Made by a program: the position numbers and the translations under genes
Notes under the pieces: generated by a model
The model's database searches: none
Seen by the model: the letters and a program-made list of their open reading frames with translations, nothing else
Told to the model about the DNA's origin: nothing
Assembly (NCBI RefSeq): GCF_004010195.1
Contig: NC_057751.1
Coordinates: forward strand, 19,306,300-19,366,597
Direction: 5' to 3'
From: Chiloscyllium plagiosum
Lineage: Eukaryota
DNA length: 60,298 nt
Part shown: piece after piece, positions 12,571 through 24,028 of the stretch
Layout: every line of letters starts with the position of its first letter
Position numbering within the stretch: the stretch's first letter is position 1

Positions 12571-13540
12571 TGCATGCAAAATGTCTGAGTTTTCAGCAAC
12601 CTGGAACAAGCCTGGCTTTTTGCAGATATATCTCAGCTCCTCTTGGCACGTATGTTCTGTTAACTGACTGAGACCAGGCTCTACCTATATTTTATTTCCA
12701 CAGGACCAAAAATAATGCCATTAGTTTGTGTTGTTTTTCTTTTGGTTAAGTTTGTCTGATCAATTTATCACTGTTTGTGTAATTTTCATTCTTTGATCAA
12801 TAAATAATGTAAAACAACCTGTATGGAACTTTTATTCCAATTAATTTTTTTCTTCCTGGGGTTTGGAAGGTAGACCATGCGGTATCGTATTTTAGCTTTT
12901 TTGTTATATAACCAAATCTTGCAGAGTGCTCAACTGTTTGGTACAGACTGAGGCTCACTGTGTCATTATGCCCTCACAAAAGTGGTCCTCATGATGGAAA
13001 TGCATCTTGGGAATAGAGGATATTTTTTCAGAAGTGTAGAACTTAATCTTACAAATACCAGTTATTTAGGTGTCATCTACATGTCTGAAGCACCAAGAAG
13101 ATGAAAATGCCCCTTAAATAATTGCTCAAGTGCTCATATCCTGAGGTCTTACTAATTACTGATGGGGATATTGCAATCTACTCTTTCATGTTTTCTATGC
13201 GCCCTTTTGATCACCAAAAGGAAAGTTCTGTATAAACACTCCTTGGTCCTGGAATGGCAGATAAAGTAAAACTCCAGAACATTAATCTTTCTACACTCCT
13301 CCAACATTCAACGCTGGCCTGTTGCTTTCCATAAAAATTGAGGAACTTGTTCTGTTTTCAATGGCTCCTCTTTAGTGTCTCCAAGTTTGCTTCTCGAGTG
13401 TTCTAAATATTAGCTTAATCTAAAACACTCTACAGGAGTAAAATGATCACTTTATTTTATGATTAAAGGGCAATATTAGCCTTATTAATTACAAATCTAA
13501 TGATTTGGAACAACAATTATCATTGTACAGTAATTGTATT

Positions 13541-13546
13541 TTTATT
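13541..13546 (-). terminator. candidate GLS2 poly(A) signal
   Basis: AATAAA on the - strand followed by a GU-rich tract (ttgttgtt), about 1.4 kb past the stop codon. Confidence 0.25.
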
Positions 13547-13869
13547 TCATCACAACAAAGTAAATAGCAATCTAGAACTCTGAGCATTAGTCAGAGTTTG
13601 TTTCAGTTACACAGTGACACCTCCAACTCCAATGTGCAGACATTCCTTCAGTTGCCAAAGGGATGGTCATCATAATCCATAATATATAAGTACAACATTA
13701 CTGCATTGACAACTATCATTCTACCAAAGCTTGTTATCCAGTTTAAACATTAACTGTCCTTGATGCAGTGAGCAAATAACGCATTTTTTCTGTTGGTAGC
13801 AACACCAAATAGTCTCAGATGGTCATGTTTGAGAGAACACTATTTCAAGCTTGTTATACACAATAGAGT

Positions 13870-14126
13870 TTCTGGATTAGTGATGCTGGAAGAGCACAGC
13901 AGTTCAGGCAGCATCTGAGGAGCAGTAAAATTGACGTTTTGGGCAAAAGCCCTTCATCAGGTATTCCTGATGAAGGGCTTTTGGCTGAAATGTCGAATTT
14001 ATTTTATTTTATTTTTGTTTTTTTGTTTTTTTTAACTGCTCCTCGGATGCTGCCTGAACTGCTGTGCTCTTCCAGCACCACTAATCCAGAATCTGGTTTC
14101 CAGCATCTGCAGTCATTGTTTTTACC
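13870..14126. mobile_element. head-to-head fold-back of the Penelope terminal repeat with two degenerate hammerhead cores
   Basis: Arms 13870-13961 and 13966-14091 centred on cttcatcaggtattcctgatgaag. TSD atacacaata(g/t)agt at 13856-13869 and 14127-14140. Confidence 0.8.
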
Positions 14127-14254
14127 ATACACAATATAGTAACTGCTATATAATTACATGGGAATCTCCCCCAAGAGAAAAGTAAAAGTCATCACCAGGG
14201 AAGTATAATCTTTTAAAAATCTTGCTTCCATCTTCTTCTATCATTCATACACTA

Positions 14255-14730
14255 AATAGGAGCAGGAGTAGACCATATGGCCCTTGGGCCGCTTCTGCTA
14301 TTCAATACGATCATGCCGAGATTTGATTTCAATATTACTCACCCACCTGCTCCCCATATACCTGAATTCACTGAGATTCCAAAAATGTCTATCCCTGCCT
14401 TGGATATATTCAATGATGAAGCATCCAAAACCCATTGCAATACAGAATTCAAAAGAATCTCAACTCTTTATTATAATGTAATTTCTACTCTTAGTCCTAG
14501 ATTTATTGGCCCCTTATCCTGAGACCGTGCCCCTACTATGTCTCAGATCTCCTGACCAGTGAAAACTATTTATGTCAACCCTTTTTTTTTAGAATCTTCT
14601 TTCTTTCAATTAAATTGCCTTTCGTCGTTGGTCCTTGGAATGAAAGTGTTGTCCTATCTCGTGAACCTTCTTTCTACTGCCTCCAATGCAAGTATATCCT
14701 TCCCTAAAATATGGGGAGCAAAATGCTGGT
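14255..14730 (-). mobile_element. old CR1 3' fragment
   Basis: aggagcaggagtagacc CR1-type end; degenerate. Confidence 0.65.
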
Positions 14731-14931
14731 GACCTCTTGTTTTGAATTATTCAGTGGTGTTTTTTGGTAGTTAGCCACCCGACCAAAGTTGTGGTGATTT
14801 TATAGGTGTGAATATTGATTTTTGACTTTGCTGTAAGACAAATAGTTCTATTGTACATTCTGGCAGATACAGCTGTTTGCATTAACTAGACACCTACATC
14901 ATGGGCAACACATGAGAACCAGGACTGGTAT

Positions 14932-15118
14932 TCAGACTTTTGTGACAAAAGAGGTTGGTGGATTTTCACTACTCTCCCCTGTATTTTCATCAGGTGTATT
15001 CTCACAGTTGCTCTCTGCTGTCTCTGGTAGGGAGTAAGACATCTGGTAGTTCCTTAGCAGCTTTGCAATGTGGTGATGGTTGAAGTGAATTGCATCATCA
15101 AGTGGAGTATTACCCCAT
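14932..15118 (-). CDS. GLS2: glutaminase last exon (18): [33 protein letters not shown]...SFVTKV*
   Basis: Acceptor cag|A. Closer to GLS2 (WGNIPLDDAVQFNH...SYTLSET) than to GLS (WNNTPMDEALHFGH). Confidence 0.9.
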
Positions 15119-15215
15119 CTGTGGATAGGTAAAAGAATGACTGAAGACAAAATTTATAGATTACAATTTTTTTTTACTGTTGTCATCTCAATGGATGTTA
15201 ATTTTAAGATTGGAT

Positions 15216-15508
15216 GATTAGATTAGATTCCCTACAGTATGGAAACAGGCCCTTTGGCCCAACAAGTCCATACCTATACTCCACAGAGTACCCCAACCAG
15301 ACCCCTTCCCCTACATTTACCCCTGACCTAATACTCTGGGCAATTTAGCATAGCCAATTCACCTGACCTGTACATCTTTGGATTGTGGTAGAAAACCCAC
15401 GCAGACACTGGGAGAATGTGCAAACTCCAGACAGCTAGTTGCCCGAGGTAGGAATTGAACCCGAGTCCCTGGCACTGTGAGGCAGCAGTACTAACCACTG
15501 TGCCGCCT
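15216..15508 (-). mobile_element. HE1-type V-SINE
   Basis: tRNA head, conserved V-domain (ggagtttgcacattctccc), (atcta)n tail. Confidence 0.85.
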
Positions 15509-16675
15509 GATATGTTTGAGTTTCTTGCTTAAGGTGGTCCAACATGTGCAACTACGTCACAGTAATGGGAAGGATACCAGACCTGCACTGCAGCAGCATG
15601 TAACCAAAATTTGCATCTTTCATATTGCTAGAACTTAATCCAATGAATGATTGTAGTGCTTTCAGGAAAAGTCCTGCTACATTCCATTCCTAGATCATAA
15701 GCAAAAGACTCTAAATCTATACCAAGATTATACGAAGCAGAACCCAGCTGATATTACTACTGGACAAGTCACATCTCAGAATTAAACCTGGGCTGTAAAT
15801 TCTCTTTTATGTAATGAACTGCTATTTTATTGTAAAAGAAAAATAATAAACCAAGCTATATAAATTAGAACATAAGTTGAAAGATCTTACAATCCCATCT
15901 ATTTTCCCAACATGTTAAAGTGTTTCAGATCTAGAGATATTATCCTTCTATATCAGGTTTGACTTGACTGCTTCTCTCCAGTTTTGTGAACTCTGAGATC
16001 TTCTTACATGAATACTCTCAAAACAGAATGATTGATGAGATTTTGTCAGTCTTTTAATAATCTGCAGTTTAATTTTAACCGTACACCCCTGGTCAGGAAC
16101 TTCACAAGCTACACTTTTACACAAAAGTAATTGTTTTCCCTAAACTGTCTTATGCTCCTTTTTAAGTGAGTAACAATATTTGCTTCTAACCCCAGTTCAG
16201 TCTGGTCTCCTCAAATTTTTAATTTCCTCCAAAACTGACCAAAAAGCTTTTGATTGCTGGGTTTTTCTAAGCTAAGATCAATCTTTGATTATTCTAAATC
16301 AAAAGCAAGTTAAGCCTTTCAAAGTTTACTCTGCCGGTCATAAACTCCATAGTATAAACCAACCAATCTTCCATTAATGCTCCAGAGGGCTTGCAGTCAT
16401 GTGCTCTCTGACACATAGTGGATGAAGCCAGGGTTCTCTGGCCTTTCCTTTTAACCCCTTCACAAAAGTAACCAACACCCATTTGCCACTAGTTTGAAAG
16501 CCAAGCTCGAAATATATATTTCATTAAACTTGTAACTGGAAGAACACTAATATCCATCTCCAGGTTAGACTAGTCAAAGTTGGAGTGGAAAAAAATCATG
16601 TTGAAGCTGAACTGAAGAGCAAGAATGATCTAAACCTTATTTATATTTCTTCAACTTCTGCGATTTTTCACTTAC

Positions 16676-16739
16676 CTGTCCTTGCAAAAGGGGTTTACAC
16701 GACAGCCATCGAGAAGAAAACTGACCACTTCCACATGAC
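16676..16739 (-). CDS. GLS2: glutaminase exon 17: (G)HVEVVSFLLDGCRVNPFCKD(R), ankyrin region
   Basis: 64 bp, tag| and |gtaag. Confidence 0.92.
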
Positions 16740-17129
16740 CTACATAAAATTAATAAACATTTAAGTGTGTTAAAGCAATAGCAATGAGTCTGGGAATAGA
16801 TATATTGTGGGTCACATCCTACTGTTTCACTTCTGGAACATGGGTTGGAACCTATGATACGAATGTCTCATCACAATTATGAATGGAGTTCAAACAGTTT
16901 CCACCAATTAAAATGGCTAATTGGTAGAGGCTTGGAGCAGAAAACAACTCCAAATTTGGCAGTTGCTCTAAACTGATGGACTTACTCCAATACCACAGGA
17001 TAACTGATGTGGGAAGCAATGTTTCACTGGTTCAGTTGAAGATGCTCTTCTGTGGAACACTGATGATGTGAAAGTTTTTTTTTCCCCCCTGTTGATAGGT
17101 TAAGTAGGATGTTTGCTGAATATTTCATG

Positions 17130-17480
17130 CCACCTCCCTGCTCTTACTTCAACCCCCCCAAAATCCTCATCCATACCAATGTTACCACTAGACTATTTCA
17201 GCTGGTGCCTGACTCACTTTCCACTTCCACCCAATGTAAAGCTCACACTCATCCAAAACTCTGGTGCCCATTTTGTAAGTCACTCTAAATCTTACTGACC
17301 CATCATCCCTGTTTTCCTAACCTTCACTGGCAACTGATACAGCAATAATTTTTAAATCCTTATCTTTGTTTTCAAACCTCGCCATAACCTCATCCTTCAT
17401 TACTTTGTAGCCTCCTTTGACCTTCAATACTGGTCTCTTGCACATCCCAGTTAAGTGTTTCCTTGGTGGTTGTGCCTTCA
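17130..17480 (+). mobile_element. L2-type LINE 3' fragment
   Basis: LIQNSGA...PIIPV...LHW...FKILI-like remnant. Confidence 0.55.
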
Positions 17481-17494
17481 TTCACGTCGTGTAG

Positions 17495-18000
17495 GAGTCA
17501 TTGGCTAAGCCAGCATTTATTGTCTATCCCTAACTGTCTTTGAGAAGGTAGTGGTGAGCTACCTTCTTGAACCACTAGTTGCAGGATTTTGACCCTGCAA
17601 CACTAAAGGAACAGTGATATACCCCAAGTCAGGATGGTGAATGGCTTAGAGGGAACTTGCAGCTGATGGTGTTCCCATGTATCTGCTGCCCTTGTCCTTC
17701 TAGATGGATGTGGTTGTGGGTTTGGAAGGTGCTGTTTAAGGAGACTTGGTGAATTTCTGCAGTGCATCTAGAAGATGGTACACACTGCTGCTACTGAGCA
17801 TCAATGAATAGGCTGGACATGAGCTAGGTGTTTTCACTTTTATGAACAGAGGAGCAGTAGAGGGAAAACTAGCTGGGTGGTGTGGTTCTCATGCCCTTTC
17901 CAGTGGATGGCTACAATGTGGAATTGGTAGAATTCAAGCTGGTTGCCTCCAGACACCAGAGTGTGTTCAGTCTGAGAGGAGAAAGAGATACTAAATGTAA
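17495..18000 (-). mobile_element. CR1-clade LINE 3' fragment (same family as 44450-45370)
   Basis: Shares the ccagcatttattg...tgagaagg...cttgaac end and the acaagggcagcagatacatgg motif. Confidence 0.7.
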
Positions 18001-18052
18001 TGAAAATTGGAAGGCATGCTGCTACTTTAGTAGTTAACAACTTCATCCATAC

Positions 18053-18129
18053 CTTCAGCTGCAGCTATGTGCAGCGGTGTACGTGAATCATAGTCTTTCT
18101 GTTCCATATCCATGGCAGAGAGTGCAAAT
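18053..18129 (-). CDS. GLS2: glutaminase exon 16: (R)[25 protein letters not shown](G)
   Basis: 77 bp, ccag| and |gtatg. EQKDYD is the GLS2 state. Confidence 0.93.
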
Positions 18130-20306
18130 CTGGAAAAGTGAGCACACTGTCAGAGTACACACTGGTCTCAAACTCCTCTGCCCCAATTTGGCTTGGTTTC
18201 AAAATGATTTTATTAATAATGCTCCATTCAAACTGCTTGTAACATTTTGCTACATTAAAGGCACTAATGTAATTTTGATTTTGCAATGAAATTCAATGCA
18301 ATGGAGACTTTAAATATAACATTAACATTATGTATTTGTGGTGGGACACAGCAAATGGAAGCAGTGAGGCAGTAGTTTGCTTGCACTATTTACATCTAGT
18401 TTGTGCTGTTGAACAGTAAGGCTGAGCTGAAATCAGGCATTTCCTGATAAAAGGAGAGGAGAATATGGAAACAGTCCTCTGTTTCACATGCCTATTTTGA
18501 GCCCTGATAACATTTGAACAGATGTAAATGCCAGCCTGTTTACCTTCCATCTTGGTCAGATTGTGGATCGAGGAGGGCTCATGTTTGGCAAGACCTCAGG
18601 CCTGTAATATAATCTCTGACAGACACACAATTGGTCCATCCCATCCCATCAAGCTTGTGCCAGCTGAGTGCACAACTCCAGATTCTCCTGCCATATTGAC
18701 TACAAATTGGATGGCTGACGGGGTGGAGCAGCCAAAAGAGAGAGTAATGTAGAATGCAAACAAAAGATGCCAACATGAAAGTGTTTTTACTGAGAAACAG
18801 GACTGAAATTCACCTTCAGCCCAATTGTTATACAGCCTGGTGGATTTTCCATTCTGGGCAATGAAATGAGCTCTGTGGCAGTGGTCCTGATCACAGCACT
18901 TCTATGCACCAGTGCAACTGAGTGCAGGTCAGGAACTACCTTACCCTCTTCAGCCCATCCAAGCCGAGCACTTCCACTTAGCAGAGGAAAGGCAGATCGA
19001 CATGTATGTATAAAATATAGGAGCAGAATTAGGCCATTCGGCCCTTTGAGTCCACTCCACCATTCGATCATGGCTGATGCATTTCTCAACCTCATTCTCC
19101 TGCCTTCTCCCTGTAGCTCCTGATACATCTTATTAATCAAGAGCTTATCTATCTCTGTCTTAAAGACACCTAATGTCTTGGCCACAACAACCTTCTGTGG
19201 CAATGGGTTCCACAGGTTCCCCACCCTCATTGAAGAAATTCCTTCTCCTCTCTGTTCTAAAGGGTTGTCCCATCACTTGGAGGCTGTGCCCTCTGGTCCC
19301 AGTCTCTCCTTAATGGAAACATTTTCTCCACATCCACATTCTCCAGGCCAGCAGTATTCTGTACAATGTCAATGACATCCTCCCCTCATCCTGTTATCCT
19401 CTATCAAATGCAGACCCAGAGTCCTCAACTGCTCCTCATCTGACAAGCTCTTCATCCCCAGGAATATCCTTGCAAACGCCCTCTGGACCCCCCCTCCAAC
19501 ATTCATCCTTAAATACGGAGCCCAAAACAGCTCACAATATTCCAAATGCAGTCTGACCAGAGCCTTATACATCCTCAGCAGTACAACTCTGCTCTTATAT
19601 CTAACCCTCTTGAAATGAATGCTAACATTGCAATTACCTTCCCAAATGCCAACTGAACTTGCATGTTAACCTTTAAGAGAATCCTGAACTAGGACTCAAG
19701 TCCCTTTGTGCTTCAGATTTCCAAAGTCTTTCACCATTTAGAAAATGGTCTCCACCTCTATTCTTCCAAAATACAGAATACGTTCCCTCTTTGTATTCCA
19801 TCTGCCACTTCTTTGTCCACTCTACAAGCCTGTCCAAGTCCTTCTGCAGCCTCATCGTTTCCTCAACACTACCTGTCCCTCCACCTATTTGTCATCTGCA
19901 AACTTAGCAACAGTGCCCAAAGTTCCTTTGTCCAGATCATTAACGTATCATGTAAATAGATGGGATCCTAACACTGACTCCTGTTGACCTCTACTGGTCA
20001 CCCGCTTTCATTCCCCACTCCCTGCTTTCTGCCAGTCAGCCAATCCTCTGTCTATGCCAATATCTTGCCTCTAACACCATGGGCTCTTCTCTTATTTAGG
20101 AGCCTCCTATGTGGCAGCTTGTCAAAGCTGGAAATCCAAATAGATCACATCCACTGGCTCTCCTTTGTCGAACTTGCGTGTTACCTCCTCAGAGAATTCT
20201 AACAGATTTGTCAGGCATGACCTTCCCATGATGAAGCCATGCTGACTCTGCCTTATTTTACCATCCACTTCCAAGTACTCCACAATCTTGTCCTTAATAA
20301 TAGACT

Positions 20307-20811
20307 GAAAATGTGTTGCTGGAAAAGCGCAGCAGGTCAGGCAGCATCCAAGGAGCAGGAGAATCGACGTTTTGGGCATGAGCCCATCTTCAGGACCTCG
20401 ACACGGTCTTGTCCCCCTTAGTCCAAGAACTCCCCACCTACGTTCGGGACACCACCCACGCCCTCCACCTCCTCCATGATTTTCGCTTCCTCGGTCCCCA
20501 ACGCCTTATCTTCACCATGGACATCCAGTCCCTGTACACCTCCATCCCCCATCACGAAGGACTCAAAGCCCTCCGCTTCTTCCTTTCCCGCCGTACCGAC
20601 CAGTACCCTTCCACTGACACCCTCCTTCGACTGACTGAACTGGTCCTCACCCTGAACAACTTCTCTTTCGAATCCTCCCACTTAAAAGCCTGAAGAAGGG
20701 CTCATGCCCGAAACATCGATTCCCCTGTTCCTTGGATGCTGCCTGACCTGCTGCGCTTTTCCAGCAACACATTTTCAGCTCTGATCTCCAGCATCTGCGG
20801 TCCTCACTTTC
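20307..20811 (+). mobile_element. Penelope-like insert: inverted terminal repeat, RT fragment, then terminal repeat; 16-bp TSD
   Basis: PLE RT PTYVRDTTH...FTMDIQSLYTSIPH. TSD tccttaataatagact at 20291-20306 and 20812-20827. Hammerhead core at 20690-20717. Confidence 0.88.
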
Positions 20812-21150
20812 TCCTTAATAATAGACTCTCAAATCTTACCAATGACCAAGGTCAGCCTAACCAGCCTATAGTTACCTATCTTCTGCCTCCCTCCCTTCTT
20901 AAACAGGGATGTTACATTTGCAATTTTCTAGTCCTCTGGTACCCTCCCTTACTCCAGTGATTCCTGAAAGATCACCACAAATGCCTCCACAATTTCCTCA
21001 GCTATCTCCTTCAGAACTCTGGGGAATAGTCCATTTGGTCTGGGTGATTTATCCACCTTCAGACCTTTCAGCTTCCTCAGCACCTTCTCTTTAGTAATGG
21101 CCACTCCATTAATCACTGCCTCCCGACCCTCTTGACGTTTTGGTATGCTA

Positions 21151-21240
21151 CTGAAGAAGGGCTTATGCCCGAAACGTCGATTCTCCTGTTCCCTAGATGC
21201 TGCCTGACCTGCTGCGCTTTTCCAGCAACACATTTTCAGC
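21151..21240 (+). mobile_element. 90-nt hammerhead-headed mini-insert
   Basis: Starts CTGAAGA-AGGGC-ttat-GCCC-GAAAC-GTC (21151-21178). Flanked by tatgcta(ctg) duplication at 21144 and 21241. Confidence 0.8.
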
Positions 21241-21787
21241 TATGCTACTGGTGTCTTCCACTGGGAAAACGAATGCAAAGTACCTGTTCAGTTCCTCTGC
21301 CATTTCTTTGTTTCCCATTACTACTTCTCCAGTCTTGTTTCCAGTGGTCCAATGTCCACCCTTGCCTCTTTCTTACCTTTTAAATATCTAAAAATACCTC
21401 CTACAATCTTCTTTTACAATACCAGCTAGCTTAACCTCATTTCATCTTTTCCCCCTTATTGCTTTTTTAGTTGTCTTTTGCTGGTTTTTAAAGGTTTCCC
21501 AATCTTCTCGCTTCCCACTAATCTTCACCACATTGTTTGCTTTTTCTTTTGTCTTTATGCTGTTCCTGACTTCCCATGTCAGTCAAGGTTGCCTCATCCT
21601 CCCCTCAGCATGTTGCTTCTTCCTTGGGATGAATTTCTGCTGTGCCTCCTGAATTACCCCCAGAAACTCCTGCCGTTGATGCTCCACCATCTTCCCTGGT
21701 AGGCTCCCCTTCCAATCAACTCTAGCCAATTCCTCCCTCATGTCTTTGTAGTTACCTTTACTCAATTATAATCCCATTATAGCTGAT

Positions 21788-22227
21788 TCCAAAAAACTAG
21801 CCACCAGGATACACAAACACCAACTAGCCACCAAAAGACATGACCAGCTATCATTAGTATCCTTACACACAGACAAAGAAGGATACTGCTTCGACTGGGA
21901 CAATACATTCATCCAGGGACAGCCTAAACAGAGACACACATGGGAAGGCCTAGAGGCCTGGCATTCAAACCAGAACTCCATCAATAAGCACATTGATTTG
22001 GACCCCATTTACCAACTCCGAAAAAGAACCCGAAATGATACCATCCACCTTAACAAACCAAGACACATAAATAGAAAGTGAAACGGTACACCAGTGCTTC
22101 AATGGAGGCTCACTGATGGTGTTACCTGGCATGGTGACGAAACATCTGAGAAGAAACCTACCGGCTCAGCGAGCAAATTTACAAACTGATCCTCAACCTG
22201 AGCTACAAACCTTCTCAAAAAATCGCA
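21788..22227 (+). mobile_element. Penelope-like 3' fragment with terminal repeat
   Basis: KLATRIHKHQLATKRHD. Variant hammerhead core at 22113-22146, with ctca/tgag stem I. Confidence 0.8.
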
Positions 22228-22646
22228 TTCCAGTAATTTTCTCCATAACTACATTTCTCTTTTGTACCTCAGTGCTGAGGTCAAATTGCTTATCCTCCCT
22301 ACAGCCCCTGCTCTTGTCCACACAGGGAGTATGACTCTCAAACCTGCTGACAAGCTCAAGGGCTGAGGCTCCTATATCATTACCTCCTGGATGCCTCCAC
22401 CTGCCTCGCTCATACTCACACCCTCCTGTCCCTGGCCACTGACCAAATTCGAGGTAGTTAATCTAGGAGATGTGACTGCCTTCTGTAACACAGCATCCAG
22501 GTAACTCTCCCCCTCCCTGATCTATCGCAGCATTTGAAGCTCTTGCTCCAGCTCATGAAACAACCAGCACTTGCTACAGATGTGATCACTTTGAACCACA
22601 ATGTGATCCACCACCTCGCGCATCATGCAGTTACAACACATTGGGG

Positions 22647-22771
22647 AGGAGAAAGTGAGGACTGCAGATGCTGGAGATCAGAGTTGAAACGTGTGGCACT
22701 GGAAAAGCGCAGTAGGTCAGGCAGCATCCAAAGAGCAGGAGAGTCGACGTTTCAGGCATAAGCCCTTCATC
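22647..22771 (-). mobile_element. Penelope terminal-repeat copy, truncated within the hammerhead core
   Basis: Matches the reverse complement of 20692-20811. Confidence 0.75.
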
Positions 22772-22930
22772 GCCTGGCCCTGCATGTCTATTTTATTTAC
22801 TTAGTTCTTTATTTGTTTTTTTAAAAAATTCTGCAAGTATTATGGTTCATAACCTGTAATTATTTCTCTCATGTCCCTTCAATAGGAAGGTAATTTATAA
22901 TTGATAGTCAAATTAGCAGCTCTTACTTAC

Positions 22931-22992
22931 CTGCGCAGTGCAGCTATGTCACCACTATATGCAGCAAAGAGCAAGTTCACCACTGATTCCTC
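22931..22992 (-). CDS. GLS2: glutaminase exon 15: EESVVNLLFAAYSGDIAALR(R)
   Basis: 62 bp, ccag| and |gtaag. VVNLLFAAYSGD is the GLS2 state. Confidence 0.93.
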
Positions 22993-23835
22993 CTGGTAGA
23001 ATCAACAAAATAGCATTTGTTTTTAAAAGATTTCATGTTCTTTGGTTTCTATTTAAATGCTTAGTTATAACAGTAAGAACAAACTCAGAATGTTCCTCCC
23101 TGTACTTTCTACACCATCATGATTTCTCCACATCCATTTGATCTTCTAGAAGGAAGTACTATGTAAATATTATCTGATCTAAAAAGTAATAAATCAAAAT
23201 GTTCTTCCATGTCCACACTTATTTCAAACTGACAGTGGTGCCTGCATTCATGGACAAATACAGCACTGCTCCTAGCTCCTATCTGATTCTCTGGAGGCTG
23301 GGACACTGCTGTTTTCCATGGGCAGACATTCTTGTGATATTTTTTAAGGTCACAAATTCTTGTCCACAGCACATTGCAGAATTCCACTTGCAAAGCAGAA
23401 ACTACATCAACATGGCAATGTGGAGGGAAAGATTGTCAAAGTGAACGGCTTAATTAAGGGCAAAGAGCACTTGCATGGACTAACAGGAAATAGGGGATAT
23501 AAAGTAACATTATGAACTGAGGAGAGGGCAGGAAACAGAGGGGCTCTAGGTCAGCCCACAGCAAAACCCAAAACATTAGTTGAGGGCAAAGAGAGGGTTA
23601 TTTCCATATTTCTGTATAAACAACTTAGCAATTGAAGTCAGGAATTATCAGATGACTTTCATATATTTTGGGGTAGGAAATAGTTTAGGATTTCTTTTTT
23701 TCTTTCTGGAAGTGATTGTGCAGCAGCTTGTCTCTGGCTGTGGGTTAGCCCTGGTGAAAGTGTATCAACTGAGCCAAGAGCTGGAGTAGCTGGCACACAG
23801 TGTATTCTCAGATGTGGACTCATCAGATTTCTTAC

Positions 23836-23928
23836 CTTGACTTCACTTCCGTTTCTCCGTGGGTCTAGTTTCCTGGCAAAATGCCTCAGATTATCATAGT
23901 TGTGAAAGTTGAACAGAGAAACCAGCTC
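23836..23928 (-). CDS. GLS2: glutaminase exon 14: [31 protein letters not shown]
   Basis: 93 bp, cag| and |gtaag. Confidence 0.95.
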
Positions 23929-24028
23929 CTGAAACATAAAGGACCAATCACTCCCTGAAAGGATTTGCTCAATTAAGTTCAGGTAAGACGTGGACATATA
24001 CATAAAAGGGAGATAATTGTGTTGTGAT

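Larger units (their letters stand above)
19020..22620 (-). mobile_element. long decayed CR1 LINE carrying three nested Penelope-derived insertions
   Basis: RT fragments SQHGFIMGRSCLTNLLEF, VDVIYLDF, KSPRPNGLFPRVLKE, LVRLHLEYC. Confidence 0.85.

Noticed and set aside
12799..12836. Opposing AATAAA signals as a shared bidirectional poly(A) site
   Set aside because: AT-rich context, and the - strand signal lacks a GU-rich downstream element. Unsupported without 3'-end data.
23109..23393. 94-aa ORF in intron 14 loosely resembling the GAC tail (WKTAVSQPPEN)
   Set aside because: Similarity is marginal and I found no in-frame acceptor consistent with the phase-0 donor of exon 14.
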